Notes under the pieces: model-generated | Told to the model about the DNA's origin: nothing | Databases searched by the model: none | The model's input: only the letters and a program-made list of their open reading frames with translations | NCBI RefSeq assembly: GCF_035084215.1 | Contig: NC_090342.1 | Span: 38,316,001 to 38,380,000 of the forward strand | Length of the DNA: 64,000 bases | Reading direction: 5' to 3' | From: Heptranchias perlo | Taxonomy: Eukaryota | Shown: one piece after another, positions 12,910-25,811 of the stretch | Position numbering within the stretch: the first letter of the stretch is position 1 | How the letters are laid out: the number at the start of each line of letters is the position of its first letter | Position numbers and translations under genes: made by a program

Positions 12910-14386
12910 GATAGATCATAAGAAAACACATTTAGGCATCCAGGGGAAACAGGATGAGAAGAATAAGGGCCTTATATTGAAGTTGAATTGGGAAAAGCAT
13001 TGTTTGAATTGGTTCTCTTGTTCTATGAGCTCAGTTTTCACAAGGTCCATTCGGGGTGAAATGGCATGTTTGTGTAGTGAGAAACAAAGACAAATGTTTT
13101 GTAATAGAAGGTTTGGAGTAAGCATGAAGATTGGAGAGAAGTGATGATGAACATTTTCACAGAGGACAGCTTTAATCTGAGGAGAATGTATTCCTAGTAA
13201 TCTGCCTACAAATTTCCCTGGCAATGGAGAAGGTAGCCTCCTCCCTAGCTGATATTACAGAAGTCCCACGTGGCCTGGAATGAGCCGATGGCATAAAAGT
13301 TAGGAACTGTACTCACTTTGATAACCACTGGAAAGCTATTTGGGCAGCAGGTCCGTATGCTGAAGCTGGCACAGGTCATCCACTGCTTCCTTTGTAAATC
13401 AAAGTCTGAAAGCACAGTTCCTCACTCATTCTCCCATAAGATCTCCTGAGCCTATAGACTCACAGTAGGGTTTAGTAGCAGGTTGGTCTCATCCTTCTGC
13501 GATGCTGCCCCACTCTCTTTTGTTCTCTTCTGGTCTCCTCCTCCAAGATTGCATACAGAGGAATTTCCATAGGGACACCCATGTTGCTCTGAAGTATTCC
13601 CTACTCTGGGTGGGGTTTGACAATTTGCAGGTGAGTAGAATCCCTCACTGTCAGTTTTAAAGTCCACCTTAGTGACTTCCTATGATAAAAACAATTTGCG
13701 AAAAATTCAGGAAAACCTGAGATATGGGTCAAAGTTGTACAGGCACTAGGCAGCTTTAAATGCAGCACCTCCCAGGATCAACCAACCCCAGCAAGCCTCC
13801 ATGCCTCATTTGTCTGGTCATAAGTTACACTGAGCGCAATGGCGGTTGAAAAGATGGGAATTCAGATGTATGATGTCATCCCATCATTTCCATAACATTT
13901 ACATGTCTCTGCTGCTGAAGGGCAAGTGGAGAAATCAGTTCCCCACCCCCACCCAAGTCAGAAATTATGTCGGGCGGAAAAGTGGGTGAAGCCCGGTGGG
14001 AATGGATCCCAACCCAATTTGTGCACTGGTAATGATTGCCCTCACTGGGATTACCCCGATAATACCGAAAACTCTTGAGAAATGTTTGAGCTAAGAAGTT
14101 CACAAAAGTGTATATAAAATAAGTAGAGGGTGAGGAGTAGAGCAATGACATTGAACAATGAGTTTCACTGGCATCAAGAGCCTCACCAAGTAGACACCCT
14201 TTACATATGAGTTCAGACAGAAAGTTTCAATGATTAATCAATCTGTGGGTCATCACAGCCAATCTCAATCTGACCTCTGCTGATGTGCATGCTCGAGCAG
14301 AGCCCCCGGGCAGTAACCAAGTATGGGATCCCTCATTAGCCATGGGGCGCTGAGGCCAATTGTAGCACCCAACTGTTAACTGTAAC

Positions 14387-14480
14387 ACATTTACCTGAGG
14401 AAGGAGGAAGCCTCCGAAAGCTTGTAGATTTCAAATAAAAATTGTTGGACTATAACTTGGCGTTGTAAAATTGTTTACAA
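14387..14480 (+). mobile_element. Penelope-like element terminal fragment, nested in an old SINE
   Basis: Near-identical to 7724-7818; interrupts SINE-like sequence at about 14200-14540. Confidence 0.78.
14389..14429 (+). ncRNA. Minimal type I hammerhead ribozyme motif (Penelope-associated)
   Basis: ATTTAC-CTGAGGA-A-GGAGG-AAG-CCTCC-GAAA-GCTT-GTAGAT. Stem I shows a compensatory change relative to the 7728 copy. Confidence 0.8.
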
Positions 14481-14806
14481 GTAACTAATTTAGTACAAGC
14501 TAGTAATTGAAGTGGTTTCTTGTCCATATGGCTCAGAATACACAAATTGTATTGGCAATATAGGCAAACAGTACAACCGTAACAATGTCAAAAGAAATAC
14601 ACTGAATTAAGAAAAACTAATGGATTGTTTAGATGGTGCAGATATCAAATGACTTTCTTTTAAAATATTTTAATTGTTGAATGTATGCATTTTTAACACA
14701 TTGGCAAAAGATGCCTTCTGTGAGTTCGCCCCCCCCAACCTCTCCACACACAAAAAAGCGAATAATACGTGTGATGCCACATTGCTTCTCTTATGTTTTG
14801 CTGCAG

Positions 14807-15151
14807 CTAACGATTTGATTCGACATGATGAAACGATGTGCCTCATGGATGAACGGCACAAACGTGACATGATGAACTTAAACAAGGCTGTTTCTGAATT
14901 CCGTCTGTGCTACCAGAAGCCTGAAACGCGTCGTGAGTTTGATTTGAATGATCCACAGGCTCTAAGAAAAGATGTCCCTGCCCGAATTTCAGACACTGAC
15001 CCTCGCTGCACAGTATCCAGTATACAAAAGCTTCCTGGGGAAGACTTACAACAGCAAGCACGGATTAGACGTCAGCAGGAACAGATCAAGGAGTGGTCAC
15101 TAGCACAGCAGAAAGAGCTGAAGAATGCTTTGGAAGACCAGAAGTTTGCAA
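14807..15151 (+). CDS. RIBC2: RIBC2 coding exon 3
   Basis: ANDLIRHDETMCL...QKPETRREFDLNDPQALRKDVPARISDTDPRCTVSSIQKLPGEDL...QKFA, a RIB43A-family signature. 345 nt, phase 1-1. Confidence 0.95.
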
Positions 15152-16009
15152 GTTAGTAGAATTAGAAAGTAAAACTCAACCCCGTGATATGACTGCCATG
15201 TAATGAATGGCCAATTGTAGAAGAGGCTACTTGGACACTTTCTGTGGAGAAGTGCCTCTCGTCTGTTCTGTGGCTCCTTCAGATAGAACTGTACAGATTC
15301 AAAGTTATATCCCAGTGTATTGAAGCACTAATTATCACATTGCATTTAATAATTTACTTCCCACTCCTGAACACAGCAGCAAGGTCCCACAATGAGATGA
15401 ATGACCAGTTAATGTGCTTTTGGTGTTGGTTGAGGGACAGATGTTGGCCAGGACACCAGGAGAACTTCTTGCTCTTCTTCATATAGAGCTGATTTTCTGA
15501 ATGCACACCACTGGCTGCCTGGTCCGTTGGCTGCACAAATTGGATGAATTCCGCTGGATTTTCTGTCCATTTCTTTCAATGGATGAAAAATTGTAGGAAA
15601 CGTGTCCATGATTTCCAAATATGTGTGGCCGGCAGGTGAGGTGCCCTGCTTGCTGCATAATTTCCAAAAATTGACTCTGTAGTGCCATGGGATTTTGAAC
15701 ACCTGCCTGAACAGGAAGATGTGGATTTGGTTTATGTCTCATCAAAGAATGGAAATGGATATGAGAAATTAAACACTGTTACACCGCATCAGGGAATGTG
15801 CTTGTGATTCATGTAAGCTATATTGTTTGGGCAGTGGAGAGCTTTATTCAGTCTATGCCCTGTAATGTATCTGATCTGCCACTACAGTAGAAAGATTTGC
15901 CATTCCTATTCATTGGTTCCTTTGAGGAGAAAAAAACAGTGAAATCTGAAGTAAAAAAGATAATCTTCCTAAGTTTATACCTTGTGTGATTTTTGTTTTG
16001 TTTTTCCAG

Positions 16010-16128
16010 ATAGACTGTATGATAAGAATAGGATATCTCTGGATCAAAGAGCTTGTGAACTGCAACAAATGGAAGAAGACACTAGGAGAGCTGTTACTGT
16101 AGCAACAAAAGATTTCAATAGGGCACAG
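16010..16128 (+). CDS. RIBC2: RIBC2 coding exon 4
   Basis: NRLYDKNRISLDQRACELQQMEEDTRRAVTVATKDFNRAQ. 119 nt, ttccag acceptor, CAG|GTTTCA donor. Confidence 0.93.
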
Positions 16129-17265
16129 GTTTCACTTTTATTCCCATCTTTTTTTGTTTTTGGTTAGTGACTAGATCAACAGCAAGCATTTCATTTGTCT
16201 TGCATGACTCACATCTCCATGCTCCTCCTTATTCATAAAAATGCCTCCCTTGTATAAGATGCACTTTCACAAGTTGACAAGATGGGTGCAACTGCTCATC
16301 AGTAGTGCTATCAGTCACCAGTTCATTCTTTTTTGTTGAGAAAGCAAGGCCCTGGATATGAATGTAACTTTGGTGAGAGATCATATTATTTTACTTTGTT
16401 TGGAAGTACACAGTACCAGACCCTATCAAGGGCTTTGGAGATGTCAAGTCAATGACAGATGATTCATCTATGTGTTCAAAGGCAGAGTTCCATAAGTGCA
16501 TAATATTGGTAACAAGATCATCAATGTGTGGTCATACTGGCAATCATGGATTAAAGCAGAATTTTCAAGGTCATGGATAATTTGAACATTAGCAACAGGT
16601 TTCATTAATTTAAAAGCTACCAATGTAGAGGAAATAGAGTAGTTATTTGAAGGAGAAGAGGGATCACCTTTTTCAGAGTGGGGTGAACATGAACAAAATT
16701 AAAAAGGGAAGAAAGATGGACTAGAAGAAATTAGACTGAAGACACAGTATAGGATAGAATTATATTTTGAGGATAATTTGTCGAATACCACCAGAACCAA
16801 AGATATAATTGGAGTCCAGAGAGCAGAGAATAAAATAGGCATTGCAGGGCTTTATTTTAAATACATGGGATTGAGGTATCAAATCTGATCATCCATTTTT
16901 TTCCTCACACCTCTGAACAGATTCAAGTCTTAACCTGAGGCTGAGGGGTAGGCTTAGGCCAGTACTGAGATATGGAGCTCATATTGTTTAACCGGCATTA
17001 GATTTGTTAAATTTATACATTTGAATCTAATATATTTTTTCTGCACTACACAAAGTATTGGATTCCAATCTATGGAAAGGAAAATCGGGAGAGCTGTATA
17101 ACGGGCTGCTGATCCGATACCACCCTTTTTACACTGTTGCTAAAAATTAAAATCACCCCCCGTGGTTTCTCAGATTTGAATGCCAATTTTGATTGAACTT
17201 GATCTTGCTAGGTGCTTCCACAATTGGCAGACAGCCAGACAGTGGACTTCAGGTAGTGGGCTATT

Positions 17266-17808
17266 GGCCAGGAAACTGGTCTTGCACCGAAAAACCTGCA
17301 CAAAATGGGCTGCTTGTCTGGTACGCACGCCCGAAAGTGGTGGCTCAAGGCTAGTTTGAAATTGGGCCTACGGCCTCATCTGTACAATACCGGAGGGCTG
17401 CAGATGCCAACCAGACGTCCCAAAGCAGCTTGCTGTTTGGGGCCTTCTCAAAATCTGCTCCTCTGCTTTCACGTTAAGGTAAGTTTAAAAAAAAACTTAC
17501 CTTTAAAGGGACCGCTGGTTAGGCAGCAGTTCATCTGGAAAAAATTAGCAGAGCATCCACAGCATATGCTGTGCCTAGTTTCTGCTGAATTTGGCAGCGA
17601 GGTCCTGGAACATGCAGTGGACCCCAGATTAGCATATTGAAGCGGCATAGTGCCTGTTTTAGGCGGACACCCCAGGAACTTTGAAGTCAATTTGGCAGCA
17701 AACGCACTTCAGGGGAATCGGGCACTTGAGATTGCGGCCGGAAATTGGTGTCCCCAATGTGAATTTTGCGTTCGAAAAATGGGTGCAACAGGGACCAATT
17801 TTCCTCCC
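17266..17808. mobile_element. Harbinger-type MITE
   Basis: Imperfect TIRs GGCCAGGAAACTGGTC ... GACCAATTTTCCTCCC; CpG-rich subterminal segments like the other copies. Confidence 0.55.
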
Positions 17809-17881
17809 ATCATGTTTTGAGGTAGTGGCTTGGAGAGCTTGCAGGAGAAAATCTGCCTCACCAGTACGGGACCTATATAGA

Positions 17882-18067
17882 GGGGGTAATTTGAACTTTG
17901 GGTGAAAGTATAAAATGGGTGATATCAAATTGGCCCCCCTGTTTACACCCTGCCCAAATTTTCCCTCCGTTGACTTTAATGGAAGGGAAAATCGGGCGTG
18001 GTGTATAATGGCCGACTAATTTGATACCGTCCATTTCACAACATTGCCGAAAGTTAAAATTACTCCC
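17882..18067. mobile_element. Short palindromic MITE
   Basis: GGGGGTAATTTGAACTTT ... AAAGTTAAAATTACTCCC. Relatives at about 17085-17161, 32717-32810, 47418-47570 and 51682-51808. Confidence 0.7.
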
Positions 18068-18193
18068 AGTAAGTAGAATGGGGAGACAAGTAAATGCACA
18101 TTTTGCTTCTTGATTCTACCATATTTCCCAGAGAAGGGGGGAAAAAAAAGCTCTGGAGAGCTAATCAATTATTTTTATTTTGATGTGGTTTAG

Positions 18194-18421
18194 GCAACTG
18201 AATCAGCTACAAAACGTAAGCTTGAAAAACTTCAAGAGCAAGAAGATAATTTAATTGAAATTGAAAACCATCTTCATAGTGACTTACTAACAGAAAACCC
18301 AAAACAGGCAATAAGCGCCTTTGGACCAAATCGTGTCATTGTGCATCGCTGGAAAGGAATGACGCAAGATCAAGTGGATGAAGTCATTCGCAAACAGAAG
18401 CAACAAGTCCAAGAGAAAAAG
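18194..18421 (+). CDS. RIBC2: RIBC2 coding exon 5
   Basis: ATESATKRKLEKLQEQEDNLIEIENHLHSDLLTENPKQAISAFGPNRVIVHRWKGMTQDQ...QEKK. 228 nt, phase 0-0. Confidence 0.95.
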
Positions 18422-18601
18422 GTACAAATATCAGCTGACTCCAATTTTGCCCCTGTTCCCTGCAACTTGCCTAAAAGTGCAGATTTATATTTCATACACT
18501 TCCACTGGCATTGGAGCCTTCTGTTGCCTTGACCAAGTGACCATTCTTCATGTGTGAACAAGGATAGTGAGTGGTAACAGGCTAATTGATTATGAACCCA
18601 A

Positions 18602-19652
18602 TTATTTTTGCTTTTGTTAATCCTACTTGTTAATAAATTTGATTCATAGTTTTTCACCTGAGCATTAAGGGCCAATTTTACAAGTGAATGCTGCTGGTTG
18701 GGAACTTTGCCTGCTGGCCACACGTATTGGGAAATAGCAGGAACACTGCCCACAATTTCCCTGTATGCTTGGCCAACAGGTGAGGCTCCCTGCTGGTAGC
18801 AAACATTCATAAAATAGGCCTATGTAATAATGATGTATTTTCTGCCAGTTTTAGAGCGATCTGAATTGTATGGTGATAATTCAGTGCAGATATGAATAGT
18901 AAATAGGTTTGTTGTGCACCCACTTCTAAGTTTGTGTATAATAACCTGATACCTACACAAGCACACTTTACAGCAATGGTCACTGGATGGTGATCAGGAG
19001 TGGGAACTCTAATTCTTTTTACCACTCTCCCTAGCCTGAGGACACTGAGGCCAATTCTCATGTTTGCGCTGTTGCCCTTGCTGAAATCAGCTAAATCAGA
19101 TCAGACTAGGGATCAAACAGTGTCCTTTCTGGACTGTATGGAGTAGTGCTGTATTGCATGGAATTTACCCACTGAGCCATTAGAGTCTCTGTGATGTGAA
19201 ATATCCTGAGACAATATTGGCACGATTTGAGCTCACTCCAGATACTTTGCATGCTGAGGACAAAACTGTTTCCATATACAAGCCCTTGCTCCCTATAATC
19301 CAAAATGTGTTATTATACACAAACTTAGAAGTGGGTGCACAACAAACCTATTTACTATTCATATCTGCACTGAATTATCACCATACAATTCAGATCGCTC
19401 TAAAACTGGCAGAAAATACATCATTATTACATAGGCCTATTTTATGAATGTTTGCTACCAGCAGGGAGCCTCACCTGTTGGCCAAGCATACAGGGAAATT
19501 GTGGGCAGTGTTCCTGCTATTTCCCAATACGTGTGGCCAGCAGGCAAAGTTCCCAACCAGCAGCATTCACTTGTAAAATTGGCCCTTAATGCTCAGGTGA
19601 AAAACTATGAATCAAATTTATTAGCAAGTAGGATTAACAAAAGCAAAAATAA
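18602..19652. repeat. 344-bp inverted duplication with 363-bp spacer
   Basis: 18602-18945 is the reverse complement of 19309-19652 with a single mismatch seen (18630/19624). Confidence 0.95.
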
Positions 19653-20799
19653 AGACATTGGAAAATTGTCTAATTTTACCATACTTTGCTTAAATTACAG
19701 TGTCCTTTTCAAAACGAGTCCAAGCTCTAGCAGTTCTCAGTAGTGATAGTTTTAATTTGAAACAGGTATCTATGATTAGGCTGATCTCAGAGTCCTTTGC
19801 TAGCTTCCAAGAAGGGAAATTAAAAACAAGTACTACCACCCTGAGTTATAGCTTCCTGTTTCCTTTTGATGTTAAAGTGATGCAAAGGAAGATCAAAAGG
19901 CATTCAATGCAATTATATAATACTGTCAATCAAAATAGGGTTCAAAGATATCAGAGTCCTCAAAATCAGACATGCAACTGACACATCTTCAGGACGCAAC
20001 CAAACTGCGAGAGTCTTTCTTGATGAGCGGCTGTTGGAACAATTGCAAAGGCCATAGACTGATATATAAGTGATTGATTACTCAATGATCAATATCAATT
20101 ATTTCTCTCACCTGGATGGCTGTTGTGTCCCTCAAAACCTATAAAGCAATCAGCAATCCACATAAATAGAGGCAAGACAAGTACATTTGAAGTGACAGCT
20201 TTGTACTCGCCAAGAATGTGGATTTGCTACAAACCCTCAAAGGTAGGCTGCTCTCAGTGAGGTGCCACAAAAAAAACATTTTAGAAAAAAAACATTTTAG
20301 GCATCAGACTAGTTAAAAATTAATTTAAACTATGTAATACAGAGATTCTTAAAAAAGGGATTCTTTGATCTTTCATAAACATCAAATTGCATTTTGAAGT
20401 CTTTGACCAACATTGTGTCCACAAACATTTATGATTTAGTTTTGTGCCCTCCTTGTACCACAATAATTTGAATTAAATCAGTATGTGAATTTTCATTTTG
20501 TGGCGAGGGGAACTTAAAGAAAGAGAAAAAAACTGAGGGCAAAAGAACGGGGAAAAAGAAATTGAATTCTAATGAGAACCTTATGTACACAGTGATTTGA
20601 TTACCAACTTACTATACTATGAGAAGGGACAAGAATTTTGAATGTGTTGTGTTGTGATGTTAAATTATGGTTTAAAATCTTCTTGATCCAATAAAATGAT
20701 CTTAACCACAAAATGTTGCATTACATTGAATGGAAATACATGAAGTAATTTCTGTCTTTGGTAAGGTTTGAACTTAAGGAGGGACTTTTAAAAATAGTG

Positions 20800-21608
20800 T
20801 GGTAAAAATAGAGGATGTATAGCTGGGATGATCCAATAGAAAACTAAGAGTACCATAGTGTCATTGTGCAATACCTTGGCCCCATCTAGAATACTGTGCC
20901 CAGTCTGATCCCCTCACATGGTGGGAGATATCGTGGCCCTGGGAGAGGTTCAGAGGAGGACCACTAGATTAATACTTATTTTAAATACCTGTACCTATAA
21001 TGATAGACTTGGGGATCTGGGTCTTTTTACTCTAGAAAAATGCAGAGCAAATTTAATTTAAATATTTTAAATGATGATGGGACTAGACTGTGCACATATG
21101 GGCAGATTATTTTAATTTGGTAAGTTAGGGAGAACGAGGGGACACGTGTACAACCTACATGAGTATAGAACTAGGTTAGACATCAAGAGATTTTTCTGTA
21201 CCTGGAGAATCATTGACCTTTGGAATAGGTTGTCAGCTCATGCAGTGGGTGCATTATTACTGTAAATATTCAAAAGGGAGCTGAACGGGTTTTTGGGAGG
21301 AGGCTAATATGGCTGCATACAAAACATGATGGGATGTTGGATATTGTACCTCAAGGTCATTATTGTCTCCTGGGACTTGTTTTGATTGCCTTTTGGGGCT
21401 CAGAGAGCAATTTCTGAGAATTAGTTTTTCCTTGAATTGGCCTAGGGATTTTTTTACCTGATTTTTTGCCTTGCCCAGGAGATTGCATGGCTGCTACTGG
21501 ATGGGAAGTATTGGGGGTTGTGTTGCCTAGTTGCACTATGCCTGAATGGGACAGACTGGTTGGAGCAACTGTTTTTTTCTGTGTGTCTTTTTCGTATGTT
21601 CATATGTT
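20800..21608 (+). mobile_element. Old CR1 LINE 3' portion
   Basis: CCCCATCTAGAATACTGTGCCCAGT (PHLEYCAQ), LGEVQRRTTRLI, and tail TTTCGTATGTTCATATGTT. Confidence 0.8.
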
Positions 21609-22120
21609 AAATCCAGTATGTTAGCCCTTTGAGTGTGTAACTCTGCAGAGACAGAATACAGAAAAGATGCAGGTTCCGATTGTTGGTGACGAGGATTACT
21701 CACAGTAACTGTTGTTAGAACAGTAAGAGAAAACAGTCTACAACCCTAAAACTGTAACAGTTGGACTCCATCTTGGGAGCTCTTGTGTGTATGAATATGT
21801 ATTCAGGGTACTTGTGCTATTAGATATCTGCTGTATAAATAGTGAGATTCAACAGGTCTGAGTTCTCTAAAAGCAGGCAACAATATTCTTGTGACTGTGA
21901 TGCAATGCCGCCTATCTTAGAATATTAAGACTGACAGTCTGCTTGCTGATAAACACAAAATACAACATGCAGGCCAACTGAGGGAATTCCAATGACAGTA
22001 TTTTGTTTTGATTAACCATGTTGATGTTCCATGTCAGAAACTGTAGGAGCATTCAAATAACTGTTCTGAGCATGAGAATGAAATACATTACTGAAAGAAT
22101 GTTGTCTTGTTTATACACAG

Positions 22121-22287
22121 AGACTACTGGAGGAAGAGCACCAGCGCAATGCAGAATGGGAAAGGCAACAGGTCAATGATGCTCGGGCAGCTATGCTTCT
22201 TGAACGTCAGCAGCAGCGAGTGAACCGGCAGCTCCGGAAGACGATGGACTGCCACAACATGCTGCTATGTAAGGATCATAAAGCACG
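22121..22287 (+). CDS. RIBC2: RIBC2 coding exon 6
   Basis: RLLEEEHQRNAEWERQQVNDARAAMLLERQQQRVNRQLRKTMDCHNMLLCKDHKAR. 167 nt, donor CG|GTGAGT. Confidence 0.93.
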
Positions 22288-22963
22288 GTGAGTAATTTAA
22301 GTCTGCTACTAAGGCTTTGAGAAACCACATATTAACTTAATTTACACCTGACATGTACAAGGAAGTGAATGGAGGTGACATTCCAGTAAGCTGTATAATG
22401 TAGCAGGAGTACAAGTATTGATTCCTCCAATCTGATCTAATTCCTTTCACTGTCTTATCGAAAACATACTGTCTTGAGAAAGTTCCATTTGGATGCCAAG
22501 GGTTTTCCCACAAAGACCAAGGAAGGACTAATTTTATTGGTGAATACCTGGACGCATCTGCAAACCTCTTGTGTACAAGTAGATTTCCAGCCCAGTTTCT
22601 CTGTTGGGGAAGATGCATGGCATGGAAAGATTTTGGTTGGGGAAAAGGGGAAACAAAATAATTTTTAGAAACTCATTTAAAAGTAGATAAATAAAACACA
22701 CCTGACATGAGCTTCCCCATTGAAAAGCAGTTGGCACCATCTCAAAGTGTGGACTGGTTGTAGCTGTCATGTCTGGATATGGTGACAAAAGGAAAAAATG
22801 ACACTGCCTGTTTTGCCCCACTATAATCATGCCAACCAATCATAATATGGCTTTGATACCAGTCTTGGCCCAAGCCATCAACTCTCCAGGCTAGAGGAGA
22901 GGAGTATGTGTAGTAGACAAGAGACTCTCAAGCACAGAAACGATTAATAATTTTTTTTTACAG

Positions 22964-23045
22964 GGAGAGATTTCTGAAAAATGAGGTCTACGTGAATGTT
23001 CCAACTGTCAAATATTTTGATCAGTTCAACACAACCAGCCGCTGA
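22964..23045 (+). CDS. RIBC2: RIBC2 last coding exon
   Basis: ERFLKNEVYVNVPTVKYFDQFNTTSR*, the conserved RIB43A C-terminus QFNTTSR. Total CDS 1140 nt. Confidence 0.95.
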
Positions 23046-23326
23046 AATGGATGACAAGGTTATCTTTTGCCACATCCCAATATGTTAAAGGAACTGTTTT
23101 GTTTTTTTTCTCATTAAGAATTAGGCTATCTTGTTGAAAGAATCTTCATAAAAAAACTACCATGGTTTTCTACAATAATATTATTATACGTTAAATTTGT
23201 TATCATTTGGATTTTGAAATTCTTTTCCACTCGTTCAGAAGTTTGTCATATTAACCAGAGACAATGAAAAGTTTTTGAAGGGAGATATAAGGATACTGTA
23301 TTTTTTAAAAACTTTCTTGTCCATAT

Positions 23327-23487
23327 AATAAATGCTTGAAAAGAAACTCCTAATACTGCAAAATAAAAATCCACCCATCCATTTACTTCTTTGGAAATCA
23401 AACTTTCCATGATATAAGTGTTGTGGATCAGAACTCCTTAAAAAAGAATGCTGATGTGGTCTGCAAGTTGGCAGTGGTTTTAATAAA
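23327..23487 (+). terminator. Candidate RIBC2 polyadenylation signals
   Basis: AATAAA at 23327-23332, 23362-23367 and 23482-23487, downstream of the stop codon. Which one is used cannot be seen. Confidence 0.5.
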
Positions 23488-24168
23488 GTGATTGTATGAT
23501 ACTAAACAGCTGCCTCCATCTAACTGCCTCACAATAAGATCTGCGGTCATCAGGTTAGGATCAAAATGCTTTAATTAGTTTCTAACATGGCTGATTTACC
23601 CTGAAGTATGAAAAAAATCAAGAGTCCAGCTGAGACAATCATAACATTTTATTTCTTTTTTATTACACTACTTTTGTGGTTAATTTTTTTTTAAAAAGGA
23701 ATTTCTTCTTGCAATGTGACCTGTCTTGTAGAATAACAATAATCCAAGGAATCTTGGCATATATAAAGGAGTAATAAAACCCTTGGCATGTGGCCAGTCT
23801 GCATATTTTCCACTGAGGGCCTGGCATATACTGAAACTCTTCTGTGGTGGTGTTGCACTGTGGAAAGTTTTAGGAGTGTAAAAGCCCTAGAAGTCAGGAA
23901 CATCACAGGTATAAGCAACATACCTGCACTTCTGAATAAGAGAAAGACCATCTGTGAAGTACTCAATTGTTCAATATTTTCTTAAAAATTCTGAGGGTTT
24001 TCCTTTAATTGCATTCGTAAGATAACACACATTGAGGAACATTCACCCAAACTCCATTAAATGGCAATGCAATGTTTATCTAATAAACTGCGAGAAAAAA
24101 ATAGTTGATTCTTGTCAGAGCAGACAAATGCCTTCTATCACACAAAATGCGATTCTGCATTTGTCTCC

Positions 24169-25168
24169 CAACCTGGGATTCACATTCTTTGAGTTCTGGA
24201 CTTTTGCTCTGTGTATACTTTTCAGTTCAAGTTACAGTACTCCCTTAATCCTAAAGTCAGTCTGAACTCCTCTACAGTGTACTCTTAAGATGATCAATCT
24301 AATTCTTTTCATTTTTTTCAAATGCCTACCTCTGTTGTGAATGTAACCCTCTTCCTCTCACCAGGTAATGGTCACAGGCCTCAATTTCTGAAGGTATAAC
24401 CTCTGCTCTTTTGGTCTTCCTTCAAATCTCTCCTTAGATTTGACCCACTGGTACAGTTCTTGTCATATCTGGTCCCGTTCCATCATTTGAGTTGGGTCAC
24501 TCTCTCATGCAGCTCTCCAACCATAGGCCAGACATGAAAGTCAACAATATTAGCATCCTGTTTCCAACCGTAAAATTTAAGTGACAAAGTACCAATGGAG
24601 GTTTTGTCCTCAAACATATTCAGGCAGTTTGAACATTTTCTCAAAGTTCTCGCACTCCCCCTTAAGACAGAAACTTTACCGTTTGCTTCATCTGATCCTT
24701 ATGTGATTAATTATCATCTGTTCCTGTCTTGTGAGGAGCTTGTTTGTATCACCAAAAATAATGTAAGTGCAATTTCATACAACCCGGCAACTTGCTACTA
24801 CTATACAACAAAAATACACAAGATAAGTCAAAGTTGCAAATAACAGCATTAGCAAGCAGCAGTTAGTGCAGTACACCTTCAATCTGTTGTCTTTCCAGTG
24901 CACCTTCTGCTTGTTTTGCGTCGGCTGTAGAGTTGGACCTGCACCTTTCCCATCTTCATTGGTCATTTTCAACTGCTTGCGTCCACTCTTCATCCTGTTT
25001 CACATGGGATTCCACTCAGTCAACCTGGGATTCACATTCTTTGAGTTCAGGGCTTTTGCTCTGTGTATCCTCTTCAGTTCAAGCTTACAGTACTCCCTTA
25101 ATCCTAAAGTTAGTTTGAGCTCCTCTACAGGGTACTCTTAAGATGATCCTCTTCAATCTAATTCTTTT
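24169..25168. repeat. Dispersed direct repeat, about 140 bp x2
   Basis: 24169-24309 and 25021-25168 align with scattered substitutions and two small indels. Confidence 0.85.
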
Positions 25169-25811
25169 ACTCACTGTGTGATATTCCAAACAACACTGTC
25201 TTTTCTCCTTTTAGGGGACCCTATCTCTTTCTAGTCCTTGATATCTATTTACACAAAATTTACAGCACAGAAACAGGCCATTTGGCCCAACTGGTCTGTG
25301 CCAGTGTTTATGCTCCACCCGAGCCTCCTCCCACCCCTCTTCATCTAGCACTCTAACATCTCTTCTTTCCCTCTCACCGAAAAGCTGCTGTCTCAAATAT
25401 GTGGAGCCACTCTAAATGTTGTTCCTCCAAGACTGCTTGTTGTCTTGTTCCATCCAAGAAGTCCTAACAACATTCTTTTTCTTAGGGCTCCAGTGATTGT
25501 TTATTTTGCTGCTCTTACAACTGACAGGTGTTGGGCAAGGCCTAGAAGTCCAACCTACCACATTCCTGAACTGTTGTCCTGATTGACAGCTGAGAGAAAC
25601 CAGCCAGGGACAGCATCCTCTCTGAGGTGTCTGAAAGTTGGGTCTTGATGTCAGAAATCCTGTGATTTCCTAGATTTAAGTGCAACCAACACTATTGGGT
25701 CCTAGCAACAAAAAAAAAGACTTTCATTTCTGTAATTGTATTGAGCTACCCTCAAATAAAACAGTAAGAAACACCACCAAAGAAGAACAAAATTCAAGAA
25801 TACAAGCCATT

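Noticed and set aside
18370-19743. Pairs of near-identical ORFs on opposite strands
   Set aside because: By-product of the inverted duplication; no recognisable protein.
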